IMG/VR virus record: IMGVR_UViG_3300027816_000057
Source of the DNA: a virus
Length of the DNA: 64,000 nt
Strand: one strand, 5' to 3'
The translations under genes and the position numbers were made by a program. The notes below the pieces were generated by a model. It was not told the origin of the DNA. It was given only the letters and a program-made list of their open reading frames with translations, and ran no database searches. Each line of letters starts with the position of its first letter. The first letter of the stretch is position 1. Below, piece after piece: positions 19,301 through 28,104 of the stretch.

Positions 19301-20910
19301 GTTGCGGGATCAACAACTCCTAGTTGATTTTTATCTAAGAAAGGATCACTTCCTAAATAAAACGACATAGCTCTTTTAAAAGTAAATATAATATCTATAG
19401 TATCAGTATTTAACCAAGTTCCTCTCGTAATTATTGATCCATTAGGAGCATATTGATAACCAGCGAAAAGTTCTGGGCTTCCTGCAAAACCATCATAAAT
19501 ATAACCCGTCTCTAAAACTAATGAAGCGTGATTTCTATTTTCAATGTCGGGATAATATGATCCAAATGGACCCCAAGGTATGTCTTTATGGAATTGAGCT
19601 AAAAACAACTCTACAGTACAATTTTCCGGTACATCATATGTGCATCCACCATTAACATCGCAGTCGGGCGTAATATACGGTTGCTGAGCGTTAAGAGGAT
19701 CGTTTTTAAAACGTCCCGTTCTATCGAATAGAAAATAAAAAGGACTTGTGGCGTAACATTGACCATTAATAAGTATAGTTGTTTCAAGATTACTAAATAT
19801 ATTTTCTGTAGAATCAAATAAATATGTATTATAATCATTCGATAAATTTTGTAATTTTCCTAAAACGGCACCTTTTTGCGGACAACATTGTAAATCCGAT
19901 TGATATAGTCTTATATCTCCATCGGAATCTTGCTCATAAGCACAAAAATTATCAAAATCAGAAAAAGAAGAGCCAGAACCTCTTATATTATAACTATCTC
20001 CAAACACATAATTAGAATTATACCAATACTCCGGCTGATTTCCGTATCCTAATCTATATTCACCGTATTGACCACTTACTGATTCTCGTATAGAATTAAA
20101 AGTATTGTTAGAAATTATTTTATATTTGTCTATAAAAATACCAGAATGAGATACTCCGCAAAGACCGCCGCCGAAATAAATTTCAAAATATTTATTTACG
20201 TCTCCGTTGGTCAAATTTTCGTTATAATTAACCTCAACTCCAAATAAATCTAAATCATTTTCTAATGATGTTTGTATATTTGACGCTAAAGTAGTGGGAT
20301 TAAGATCAAAATCTATAGGATCGGTTGAAACACCATTATAAGAAAGAGTAAACGAAGAATTACTAGCGGCAAAATTTTTGAAAGAAAAGCTGTTTATGTT
20401 CTGTATACCGCTATTTAATATATAAATAGGTATTCCCGGCCCTATTTGATTAGTAGCCTCCCAATTGGATAAACTGTCAATAAAAAATGATAAATTTTGT
20501 AAAGTTCCGTTAATACCGGTGGAATATACAGGCCCAGCACCATTGTTTTCGGTTAAAATAACACTATTGCTATTGATTTCAACCTTACCCATATTGGGAC
20601 CGGTATAAGATATAGTAAAAGCGTTATTTTTTGGACCTTCCTCCATTGTGTCATAATCTTTAAAATAAAGACGCTGACATTCACAAACAAATAGTCTGTC
20701 GTCTTGACATAAAGATTTATGCGAAATAAAATATCTATTAATGTATTGACACTGATCTACTTCGTCACAAGTTGTTCTAAAGTTTAAATCTACGCCGCAA
20801 GGTATAGCAGCCCAATAAATATCTTGTACTGTATTGCCGCAACAGCTTAAAGCGAGTTTATCGTTACATAATAATAATTTATCAGTTCTAGTTCTTAAAT
20901 AATCCGCCAT
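16315..20910 (-). CDS. large cysteine-rich tail-tip/fibre candidate (1531 aa)
   Basis: Distal to the tail genes; about 63 Cys by manual count. Confidence 0.55.
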   Translation of the reverse strand: MADYLRTRTDKLLLCNDKLALSCCGNTVQDIYWAAIPCGVDLNFRTTCDEVDQCQYINRYFISHKSLCQDDRLFVCECQRLYFKDYDTMEEGPKNNAFTISYTGPNMGKVEINSNSVILTENNGAGPVYSTGINGTLQNLSFFIDSLSNWEATNQIGPGIPIYILNSGIQNINSFSFKNFAASNSSFTLSYNGVSTDPIDFDLNPTTLASNIQTSLENDLDLFGVEVNYNENLTNGDVNKYFEIYFGGGLCGVSHSGIFIDKYKIISNNTFNSIRESVSGQYGEYRLGYGNQPEYWYNSNYVFGDSYNIRGSGSSFSDFDNFCAYEQDSDGDIRLYQSDLQCCPQKGAVLGKLQNLSNDYNTYLFDSTENIFSNLETTILINGQCYATSPFYFLFDRTGRFKNDPLNAQQPYITPDCDVNGGCTYDVPENCTVELFLAQFHKDIPWGPFGSYYPDIENRNHASLVLETGYIYDGFAGSPELFAGYQYAPNGSIITRGTWLNTDTIDIIFTFKRAMSFYLGSDPFLDKNQLGVVDPATVGSGLTIINNEDCGGPVFLRFACSGKTVRNFVDAINNVKTLAYDDYPSCNIFAFCLGSTEAGNVPASKIINISNELFDQARSVKNYNASLTYTSSFGGANPLTDVTVSKADIFVGPHKYSSMWPTKTQRSLADSSFYPQDRYENPLRFVTQPVTSLNTEKTQLPPFGRHRMYGLPKSLDYITFRQNDNGFGNPNEERKFTPWFTNIPGKLTNVNLVTFGSGIPDYINKIEFNCQDSVVNITITSGTTIIQSTGINTNKFGAEYKTSNLAEDINNLSFKDNPSDSPYWPVYSETLTPYDIWLDDSTFWDSTNFEPSVSGAVNAVETPENWSYKEPLINSENHNLFNSPIGYLKNWSRQRTEYIEDSFGARILELPMSGCRPLNSRVIEENETINCNGDEFIIGGTFANYGCDSEICKTEWYLKTTRCDCSNEAGCDNGPHLYNQPGNSQANKSTYGSYWITQPDLYICEYTFHPECDIPMLVKVPMQIVQNTDGNIYLAQYCGDSTYAVQYSDGLADLPFDPEGFITPSTAALKWTCGRSFFTEQKNYTSYYDPINSIPFSSYRTTAFCAECVGWCQYIDPVSALRVKKEDIPREWPPVSYVLKRGNPAFCSVNLYDVSNDVAAGLDSPVYPQCTAWDTIYGVFPALPADKVRCNILGPRLGQELRAIFRPIVNPLTIGDLRGTAESERIDINCASKCCGCFFKCAPNDEELRNGPYVCPCTYTISYSKTISDTGQWAGMCLVTDTNPFLDVYTGECESYILPVGRVYARPKVNNSGDYSFNHVFNASIDACCGCREGDARGTIQTTNTLNYTCSGPTAPDWDGATYVSPCTVCSSSTFTVEGCGGGGGYPAAGSSHSESESCRYPPDAGPNFQCNLSQLVKTVSDFNATVNNIPCGSISASWSSTVITTRDGPGCGGTLGIYGGGLDEFHTTGNYEENGSYEQGSVTCNACPVGSQNSKTLNYILSWRENSSWICGYSNYSYAYSSAEYGSPVC

Positions 20911-20931
20911 AAATCCTCATATGATTATACC

Positions 20932-22830
20932 CTAAACGATAAACCAGTTATAGCCGTCACAAATTAATCTTAAAGATTGATAATTTGAGTTTAACGTATA
21001 ATTTAAATTACCGTCAATTTTTTGACCCGAGTATCCAGAAACAATAATATTATTAATCGAAGCCATCCCTAAATGATCTTTTATTATTAATTCTCTTCCT
21101 GAATTAAGTATAGCGTTTCTTAGAACTACATATTGATTGGAAGCAACGCCGCTTGTTCTTTGAAGTATTGCGTAATCGTCAATAGAAACGTTATATATAT
21201 TTCCCGTTGGCTTGATTAAATTAACAAAAACGCCTTTAGATACTATGTTACCGTTATAATCTATTTCCGCCAATCCGCTGCCGTTATAAGACAACCAACG
21301 CTGTATAGCTAGTTTTTCACCAGTAGTTCCTGTAAAAACATTTTTAGCATAAACATTTAAAGGTGCATCATCAGTAGCACGGGATAGATAAATATGATTT
21401 GGAAAACTTGATCTAATTCCGCTGGTTAAACTATAAGATTGAGCCTGAATACCACTAACTACTAGACTAAAATGATTATTTACAGGATAAGCTAGCCCAT
21501 AATTGGTTTCATGAGCAAAGCAAAGACCGGGATTAGATAAACTTCCGGAGGGTATTCTTATTCCAGAAACAAACTGTTTTAAACCATCAATAATTTGAGT
21601 AGATGTAAGATCAACCCAAACTTTCCCGGTAGCACTTGTACCTCCCTGAGAAATACTTAAAGGTGTTGTCAAACCGCTAATTGCAGTTATAGTATTATTA
21701 ACGCCGCTATTAAAAGTAAACGAAACATCATTACTTATAGATAAACTAATAGTGCCTGTTGGATTGTGTACATCGTAATCAATAGATATACCGGTGGATG
21801 CTTGTAATAAATATCTACCAAATCCACTTTCATGATGACGAGCTACTAATATTTGACCCGTTTTGTATCCATTTATTCCGCTACCACCAAAGCCTGTTCC
21901 TCCATAATAATGACTTAATGGATTTTCAAATAAATAATCTAAATATAAAGCATCAGTTCCTAAACCCGGATCACCTAAACCTCCATCAGCTACAGTAGAG
22001 CATTCTACCGTGTCTTCTTTTTCTTTAGCCATCATAGCTAATTTAGGACGCGATCCATCAAAATAAGTAAATAAGAAACACGGAGAACCTGTAGATAATG
22101 GAAAAACCTTATAGTCTGTTGGTCTAGGAGGAAATTCTGGCTTTATTCCTGTAACTATTAAACCAGTGCTGGAACCTTCAGTTAAAGCAACATCGTATGT
22201 AAACTTTGTTCCAAAATCAGACTCGGTTGGATCACCGTTATTTTCTATTGTAGTTTTTACTACTTTAGCAGCAAAAACATTAGCATTAGAAGTCCATACT
22301 TTGCGTATATTATCCCATCTTAAATCTAACGGTCCTGCTAAAAATGTTTGTTCTTTTACTTTAGAACCATATATAGACGGATCATCATTAACACCGCTAC
22401 CTGTTCTAAATTTATTAGTTGGTATTCCAGTAGATAATACCCCGCTTATACTCCAAGAAACCGATTCGTTCGGAGCGGGAAAACCAAAAACATCATATCC
22501 CCATCCAACATGAGTAAAAGGTGTTTTAAAACCTAAACTTCGTACATTAAAGCGGTCTTTATTAAAAACTTCTGGATCATTTAGATTATTAGGGATAGTA
22601 TCGCCTATACTATGTCCCTCGTAAACAGTATTTGATCCAAAAGGTATTAAACTATTAACGTCTACAATACCAGAAATAGCCGGATCAACATAATGAGGTA
22701 CGTTTAATTTATCTTTAGCGGTAGTAAATATTTTAAACCAGCCGCCATAATCAATAGTATAAAGACCGGCATAATTTTTTGATGCTCGATATCTAAAACC
22801 ATTATAATTTACATTTTTTATATCAGACAT
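20932..22830 (-). CDS. tail tip/fibre protein
   Basis: GPLDLRWD block, fibre-like PLSISQGGT motif, C-terminal IDG...L..NY.SL.LICDG.NW domain typical of tail fibres. Confidence 0.6.
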   Translation of the reverse strand: MSDIKNVNYNGFRYRASKNYAGLYTIDYGGWFKIFTTAKDKLNVPHYVDPAISGIVDVNSLIPFGSNTVYEGHSIGDTIPNNLNDPEVFNKDRFNVRSLGFKTPFTHVGWGYDVFGFPAPNESVSWSISGVLSTGIPTNKFRTGSGVNDDPSIYGSKVKEQTFLAGPLDLRWDNIRKVWTSNANVFAAKVVKTTIENNGDPTESDFGTKFTYDVALTEGSSTGLIVTGIKPEFPPRPTDYKVFPLSTGSPCFLFTYFDGSRPKLAMMAKEKEDTVECSTVADGGLGDPGLGTDALYLDYLFENPLSHYYGGTGFGGSGINGYKTGQILVARHHESGFGRYLLQASTGISIDYDVHNPTGTISLSISNDVSFTFNSGVNNTITAISGLTTPLSISQGGTSATGKVWVDLTSTQIIDGLKQFVSGIRIPSGSLSNPGLCFAHETNYGLAYPVNNHFSLVVSGIQAQSYSLTSGIRSSFPNHIYLSRATDDAPLNVYAKNVFTGTTGEKLAIQRWLSYNGSGLAEIDYNGNIVSKGVFVNLIKPTGNIYNVSIDDYAILQRTSGVASNQYVVLRNAILNSGRELIIKDHLGMASINNIIVSGYSGQKIDGNLNYTLNSNYQSLRLICDGYNWFIV

Positions 22831-25481
22831 TATCTTTCATATCCTTCTGATAGTAGTTTATCTTTTTCCGGCTGTCTACCAGAATTAGGCCAAATAGGAT
22901 TATCAGAATTAGACTGATTTTGTTTTATCCAATAATAACCGTCTTTTTCTTGTTTAGATTTAATTATTTCTTTAGCTTTTTTATCAATATCTATTATATC
23001 TTGTTTAACTTTATTTAGTTCTACTGAATATTTTATTATTTTATCATTTAATATACGGCTGAGTCTATAAGGAGGTAAAGCAAAGGTTTGTAGAGAATAA
23101 GACGTGGTTAATCCATCAACACCAACATTCATATTAACGCTTGTTATATTAGAGTTTACCCCTAGTTTATCGCCAATATTAAGTATAGGTGTTCCCGACA
23201 AAACAAGATTACCAAAATCCATGATATTTGTTAAAGTCAATGCGTTAGCCGCTATTTGATTTCCAGCTTGATTCATAACTGAAAAACTATTAAAAGTTTC
23301 TGGAGATATTGATTCATCTCTTATAATAGAGACACCTCCAATTCTATTAGATTGTTTTATATAAGGACCGTAGCGTTTAAAGTTATCAATTATAGGAATC
23401 TTAAAGAAATTAAAAGATGTTACTCGTTTTGGTGCTAAACCCAATTCTGGATAAAAATCAGCAAAATTAACTAAAGGAGTAATATTTTCTTGTGCGGTTA
23501 AAGCGTTTGGACCTTCAGGATTCCACGAAGTATTATCAAGCAATTCTCCTTTTCTGAAACCTTGAAATATCGCCTTTTCGGTAAAACCCATAGCTCTTAA
23601 AAATTCGACAAACGCAGACGGATAGTTTTCATCAATAAAATTTTTATACATTATAGGTGTTTTTAACTGTACGATAGCTCTTGTAGTATTATTTTTATCT
23701 TGCTCTACTTCACATGCAATGTATAAATCTTTATTATCTAGTATATAATCAGATGTTGGTATTAATCCTAAATCTACTTTAGCGGTATCGCTAGTTTTAT
23801 TAGTTGAATCATAATAAATAACATTACCATTAGCGTCTACAATATTATATATTAATTTAGAAAAATTGCCTTGATTGTCGCGAACATTTGATAAAACAAC
23901 GTGTGCTTTTACTCTACCTAAATTATCCATAAAAGCTGAATTAGCAGCTTTAAAAATAGCAAAAGATATACCATCAGAATAAACCGAGTCTATAACTTCA
24001 TATCCATATCTAGTATCTAAAGTAGAAGCATCTTGGCTTGTATTAACAACTTTACCGGCGTAAAAGGGTAACTCTACTAAAAAAGTTTTACCGTAATGTA
24101 ATTCAGCAGCTTCCTTTGTAAGTTGATAAACAGATTCTAGTAAAGCGACCTGTTCTGCGGTTCTTTGTAAATTATTTGAATCCAGAGAATAAAAGTCAAA
24201 TTTATTACCATAAGTTGAATAAGCATTAATAATTTCAGGATCAGTAAAATTATGTATAATCCAAGATTGAATACCTAATGCTTCAGCGACATTAGGCATT
24301 TCTTTATATAACACAGCTTCCCAAGCATTTTTACTAGTTAAAGCAGCTCTAAGAACATTTTCGGTTGGACGATAGCCTTTGATATTACTGGTTATATCGC
24401 CAATAAAATTGGTAGGAGGATAGGTTTCTCCTAATCGATATTTTTGTCTACCGTCAAATTGTAGTTCTGGTAAATTATTTGTTATTCTAGCATCATCAGA
24501 AACAATACTATCTAATAAAACAAAACCAAATTCTGCTTTATCGTTTGGATGAATGTAATTATTTAAAGACGTATAATTATTACCGGCAGCACAAACTATT
24601 AAACCGTCACCGGTCTTTCCCCAAGATTGTACGCCCTGAGTAGCGACATATAATTGAGATTGATAATCGCCTTCTACAACCACAGAACTAGCACCGCGAC
24701 GTAATTCTTGACCGCGTTGATATGATATTAGTGTACCCGCATTTTTTTGTGCGGCAATAAAATTATCAATTTGAACGCCTTCGGTAGACTCTTGCGTTTT
24801 TCTAGATACGCTTTTTATATTAATTATATTAAAAAGATTAGACGGGTTATATGATTCGTCAATATCTACATAAAAATCAACACCTATTTTATTCGCCACT
24901 TCATTCAACACCTCTTCTAAAGAAGCGATATTTTGATTTATTCTTAAATAATCTGGTGCTTCAAATCCTGAATCAAAATTAAATTTAAATATTTTACCAA
25001 ATAAATTAAATTCTTGATTTAAATTTATTACATTTTTAATCTTGTTCCATGACATGCCATTACGATTGTAATCAGCGTCACCGTCATTACCATAATAATC
25101 ATAAACATTTACTAGATTATATATACCGGAACCTAAAGCTAAATTAGTAGCATTAGGTATATTTGGACCAGTACCATCTAGTATAAGTTGTATATCTGAA
25201 AATAGTATTCTAGGATCAGAAATTTTAGTATTATAAGTAAATCCATTTTGACTATTGTTATACGTCCAAGATTCTATAATGCCATAAAATTTTACTGCAC
25301 CAACGTTAACCCCGCTAATATTACCGGGTACAATATTTGAGGAATCAAACAGTTGACCGCGTTCGGTATCTATTACATATTCTAAATCAAGCGTAGAAGC
25401 CTGACTGTTAAATCCTAGCTGCAATCCTAATCTTTTAAGATATCCGCCGCCAAAAAAAATTGGTTCCGTAATATTTTGCAT
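22830..25481 (-). CDS. tail tip / hub-like protein
   Basis: Position after the tape measure and repeat protein; N-terminal beta-barrel-like pattern (FYGIIESW...ISDPR). Confidence 0.5.
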   Translation of the reverse strand: MQNITEPIFFGGGYLKRLGLQLGFNSQASTLDLEYVIDTERGQLFDSSNIVPGNISGVNVGAVKFYGIIESWTYNNSQNGFTYNTKISDPRILFSDIQLILDGTGPNIPNATNLALGSGIYNLVNVYDYYGNDGDADYNRNGMSWNKIKNVINLNQEFNLFGKIFKFNFDSGFEAPDYLRINQNIASLEEVLNEVANKIGVDFYVDIDESYNPSNLFNIINIKSVSRKTQESTEGVQIDNFIAAQKNAGTLISYQRGQELRRGASSVVVEGDYQSQLYVATQGVQSWGKTGDGLIVCAAGNNYTSLNNYIHPNDKAEFGFVLLDSIVSDDARITNNLPELQFDGRQKYRLGETYPPTNFIGDITSNIKGYRPTENVLRAALTSKNAWEAVLYKEMPNVAEALGIQSWIIHNFTDPEIINAYSTYGNKFDFYSLDSNNLQRTAEQVALLESVYQLTKEAAELHYGKTFLVELPFYAGKVVNTSQDASTLDTRYGYEVIDSVYSDGISFAIFKAANSAFMDNLGRVKAHVVLSNVRDNQGNFSKLIYNIVDANGNVIYYDSTNKTSDTAKVDLGLIPTSDYILDNKDLYIACEVEQDKNNTTRAIVQLKTPIMYKNFIDENYPSAFVEFLRAMGFTEKAIFQGFRKGELLDNTSWNPEGPNALTAQENITPLVNFADFYPELGLAPKRVTSFNFFKIPIIDNFKRYGPYIKQSNRIGGVSIIRDESISPETFNSFSVMNQAGNQIAANALTLTNIMDFGNLVLSGTPILNIGDKLGVNSNITSVNMNVGVDGLTTSYSLQTFALPPYRLSRILNDKIIKYSVELNKVKQDIIDIDKKAKEIIKSKQEKDGYYWIKQNQSNSDNPIWPNSGRQPEKDKLLSEGYER

Positions 25482-27487
25482 TATGTTCTATATATCCATG
25501 TTATTGTTCTGTTATAAGCCCCGGTATCAACTGAATAGCTAACATTATTATTATTAATGTAGTATGGAGTATACGCTGGTTTGTATAGTTCAACTAAAGT
25601 ATTAAAATACGTCTCTCCGTCATTTTCGTTAGCATCTACATCTAAAACTAATTGAACATTGAGAGTTTTTGTTTCTTCGTTTTTGGTTCCAATATCTTGA
25701 ATTATTGGGCCTGTTTCTAAACCCGGTATTATTTGTACTGCTGTAATTCTTCTTGGTTTGGCAATATCAATAGTAATTTGTCGCGAAATAATCTTGTCAT
25801 CATCAATATTATTGTTAATACTAAATTGATAATTATAATTGACTGTTCCGTTGTTTTTATTAAAGGATTCTGTTCTACTGATAATTCTATCAGAAACACT
25901 TATACCTAAAACTGATTCTATTCTATTTTTTAATTGAGTTTTAATTGAATCGTATCTGTTTTTAGCATTATTATATTTTGTGGTACTAACACCGTCATTG
26001 CTAAAGCCTATTATATTACCAACTATATTAGCAGTACTATTTTTAATATTTCTTTTATCCGCAGTAGTTATTCCTCCGTCAGTTATAGATACTTCGTAAG
26101 TATCAAAATAAGCACCACCTACAGGATTATCATCGTCGGTATAATTATACGCAGCACTATAAGAAATCTGTAAAGACGATTTATTATATCCTATAGCTAA
26201 CGATAAAGGAACCGTATTTACCGTTATTCCTGCATAGGTTGAAATAAGACTGTTTAAATTATTTTTAATACTATTCCAATAATTTATAACATTTGTATAG
26301 GCGTCATTAATTGAACCATCAATAGTAAATCCGGTTATTGTGCCTTGTATAGACACATTTGAAAAACTTCCGGAGTTTTTATTGTCTGTTATAGAATAAA
26401 TATGGCTATAATTTTGAGTAGGATAATTTGTATAAGTTATATTATAACTAAATATACCATTTATTCTATTTTTAGATATATTTTTTGTTATATATAAATG
26501 ATCTGAGTTAAGGCCAAGTATAGAAGGTATTGTAGGTTCAAAAATATTAAAAGCGTTTTCTGCAGCCACTATTCTAGCGTCTTGATCTATTGTAGTATCA
26601 AATCCTTGTATACTACCATTAATAGTATAAGTGACTTGTATATTTTGTCCGGTATCTAAATCATCATTTTGTGATCTAGCGTATTGAATAGAAATATCAT
26701 AGTTATTAACGCTAGCATCATTACTTTCATTATATAAATAAACCGTTGTTATTGAATAAGAACCAGATAATTTATCTATTGTTTCTGTTCTTCGTTTATT
26801 ATATTGTTGTAAAGTAGCGTCAACGATATATGACGTAAAGCCGCTATCTAATTTAGACACAACCCATTCTTTTGCGTTTTCCCAAGGTTCTTTAGAATTG
26901 GAAAAAGATGATGGATTGTCATATGAGGCGGTACCAACCGCAGAAATAGTTCTCGTTACGGTAAAAGCACCGGAACCGTCTTCAGATTCAACAATTTGTA
27001 TATTATCACTAGCTTGTGTAATATACTTATTATCAAAATCTCCAAAGCTATCTTCGGAACCTGTATTTTGTTTATTAACTTCGGTAGTATCTAAAGTGAT
27101 GGTATAATCGCAACGATCAACCCACGGACCTTCAACAAAATTAAAATTAGCGGTTTTAACATAAGCTAAAACTGCTGGTGTTCCATCGCTAGGACCGTAT
27201 TCTAAAAGTTTACCGGGTTGAGAAAATACCTCTCTCAAAGCCTCTTGTTTGCTTAATATTGACCCAAATCTACCATTATCGGTAGTTATATTTTCATTAT
27301 TTGGATAACCGGATGTAGTATGCCAAGTTCCGCTACTTGTAGGCGAGCCTTTATCTGGTAATAACGTGCCTTTTAGTACAACTTGAAAATTAGAAGAAAG
27401 AGGCCGACCATCAGCACTATTAACTATATTTTTTGTTAATGTAACAAAAGGTGCAGGTATAATTTTTTTACTGTCAATAATAAGCAT
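25481..27487 (-). CDS. distal-tail-like protein built of six ~100-aa repeats
   Basis: Repeated I.G.I.GF ... N..NG...Y...Y modules; lies two genes after the tape measure. Confidence 0.55.
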   Translation of the reverse strand: MLIIDSKKIIPAPFVTLTKNIVNSADGRPLSSNFQVVLKGTLLPDKGSPTSSGTWHTTSGYPNNENITTDNGRFGSILSKQEALREVFSQPGKLLEYGPSDGTPAVLAYVKTANFNFVEGPWVDRCDYTITLDTTEVNKQNTGSEDSFGDFDNKYITQASDNIQIVESEDGSGAFTVTRTISAVGTASYDNPSSFSNSKEPWENAKEWVVSKLDSGFTSYIVDATLQQYNKRRTETIDKLSGSYSITTVYLYNESNDASVNNYDISIQYARSQNDDLDTGQNIQVTYTINGSIQGFDTTIDQDARIVAAENAFNIFEPTIPSILGLNSDHLYITKNISKNRINGIFSYNITYTNYPTQNYSHIYSITDNKNSGSFSNVSIQGTITGFTIDGSINDAYTNVINYWNSIKNNLNSLISTYAGITVNTVPLSLAIGYNKSSLQISYSAAYNYTDDDNPVGGAYFDTYEVSITDGGITTADKRNIKNSTANIVGNIIGFSNDGVSTTKYNNAKNRYDSIKTQLKNRIESVLGISVSDRIISRTESFNKNNGTVNYNYQFSINNNIDDDKIISRQITIDIAKPRRITAVQIIPGLETGPIIQDIGTKNEETKTLNVQLVLDVDANENDGETYFNTLVELYKPAYTPYYINNNNVSYSVDTGAYNRTITWIYRT

Positions 27488-28104
27488 TAATATCCTCTAA
27501 TAAATAGATTAATTCCACTGGTATTATACACATAGGCTTTAATATACATATCAAAACTACTCTCAACAGCACCACTGACGCCCTTTATAAAAGCGTTAAC
27601 ATAATCGTATTCTCCACCGGCACCTTTAACGAATAAATTAAACGATCCGTTACTTGATGGCGTTAGACCATTAATATAAAAATTAACTTTACCACTATTT
27701 TCTATAATTGTATTTGAAGTAGCTCCGGTCGGTTCTATTCCTGTACCAATTATATTTAATGGTAAATAACCGTATAACCCACTGCCTCCAATTAAAGGAA
27801 ATTCGGTATTTGTGAAAAAACCTTTGACAAAACAATTAACAGAAGAATTATCTCCAAAACCATTAATAAAACAGTTTATATTATTATTTTGACTTGGATA
27901 ATATCCACTTAAATAACAAGGAATGTATGCTATTCCGGTTGGATCAATTTTACCGCTAACATAAAAATGTATATAATCGCTATTTGTGTAGTAATCTGAA
28001 GAAGATAAAAAAAGATTTACGCCGTTAAAATAATAACCAGCAGTAGAAGCACCTTCTAAAAACGATAAGATGTTGGAATTTTTATTTGTAGGAATACTAG
28101 ACAT
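27487..28104 (-). CDS. minor tail protein with ~13-aa beta repeats
   Basis: INCFINGF, VNCFVKGF, VNFYINGL, FNLFVKG, VNAFIKG, INLFIRGY. Confidence 0.5.
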   Translation of the reverse strand: MSSIPTNKNSNILSFLEGASTAGYYFNGVNLFLSSSDYYTNSDYIHFYVSGKIDPTGIAYIPCYLSGYYPSQNNNINCFINGFGDNSSVNCFVKGFFTNTEFPLIGGSGLYGYLPLNIIGTGIEPTGATSNTIIENSGKVNFYINGLTPSSNGSFNLFVKGAGGEYDYVNAFIKGVSGAVESSFDMYIKAYVYNTSGINLFIRGY

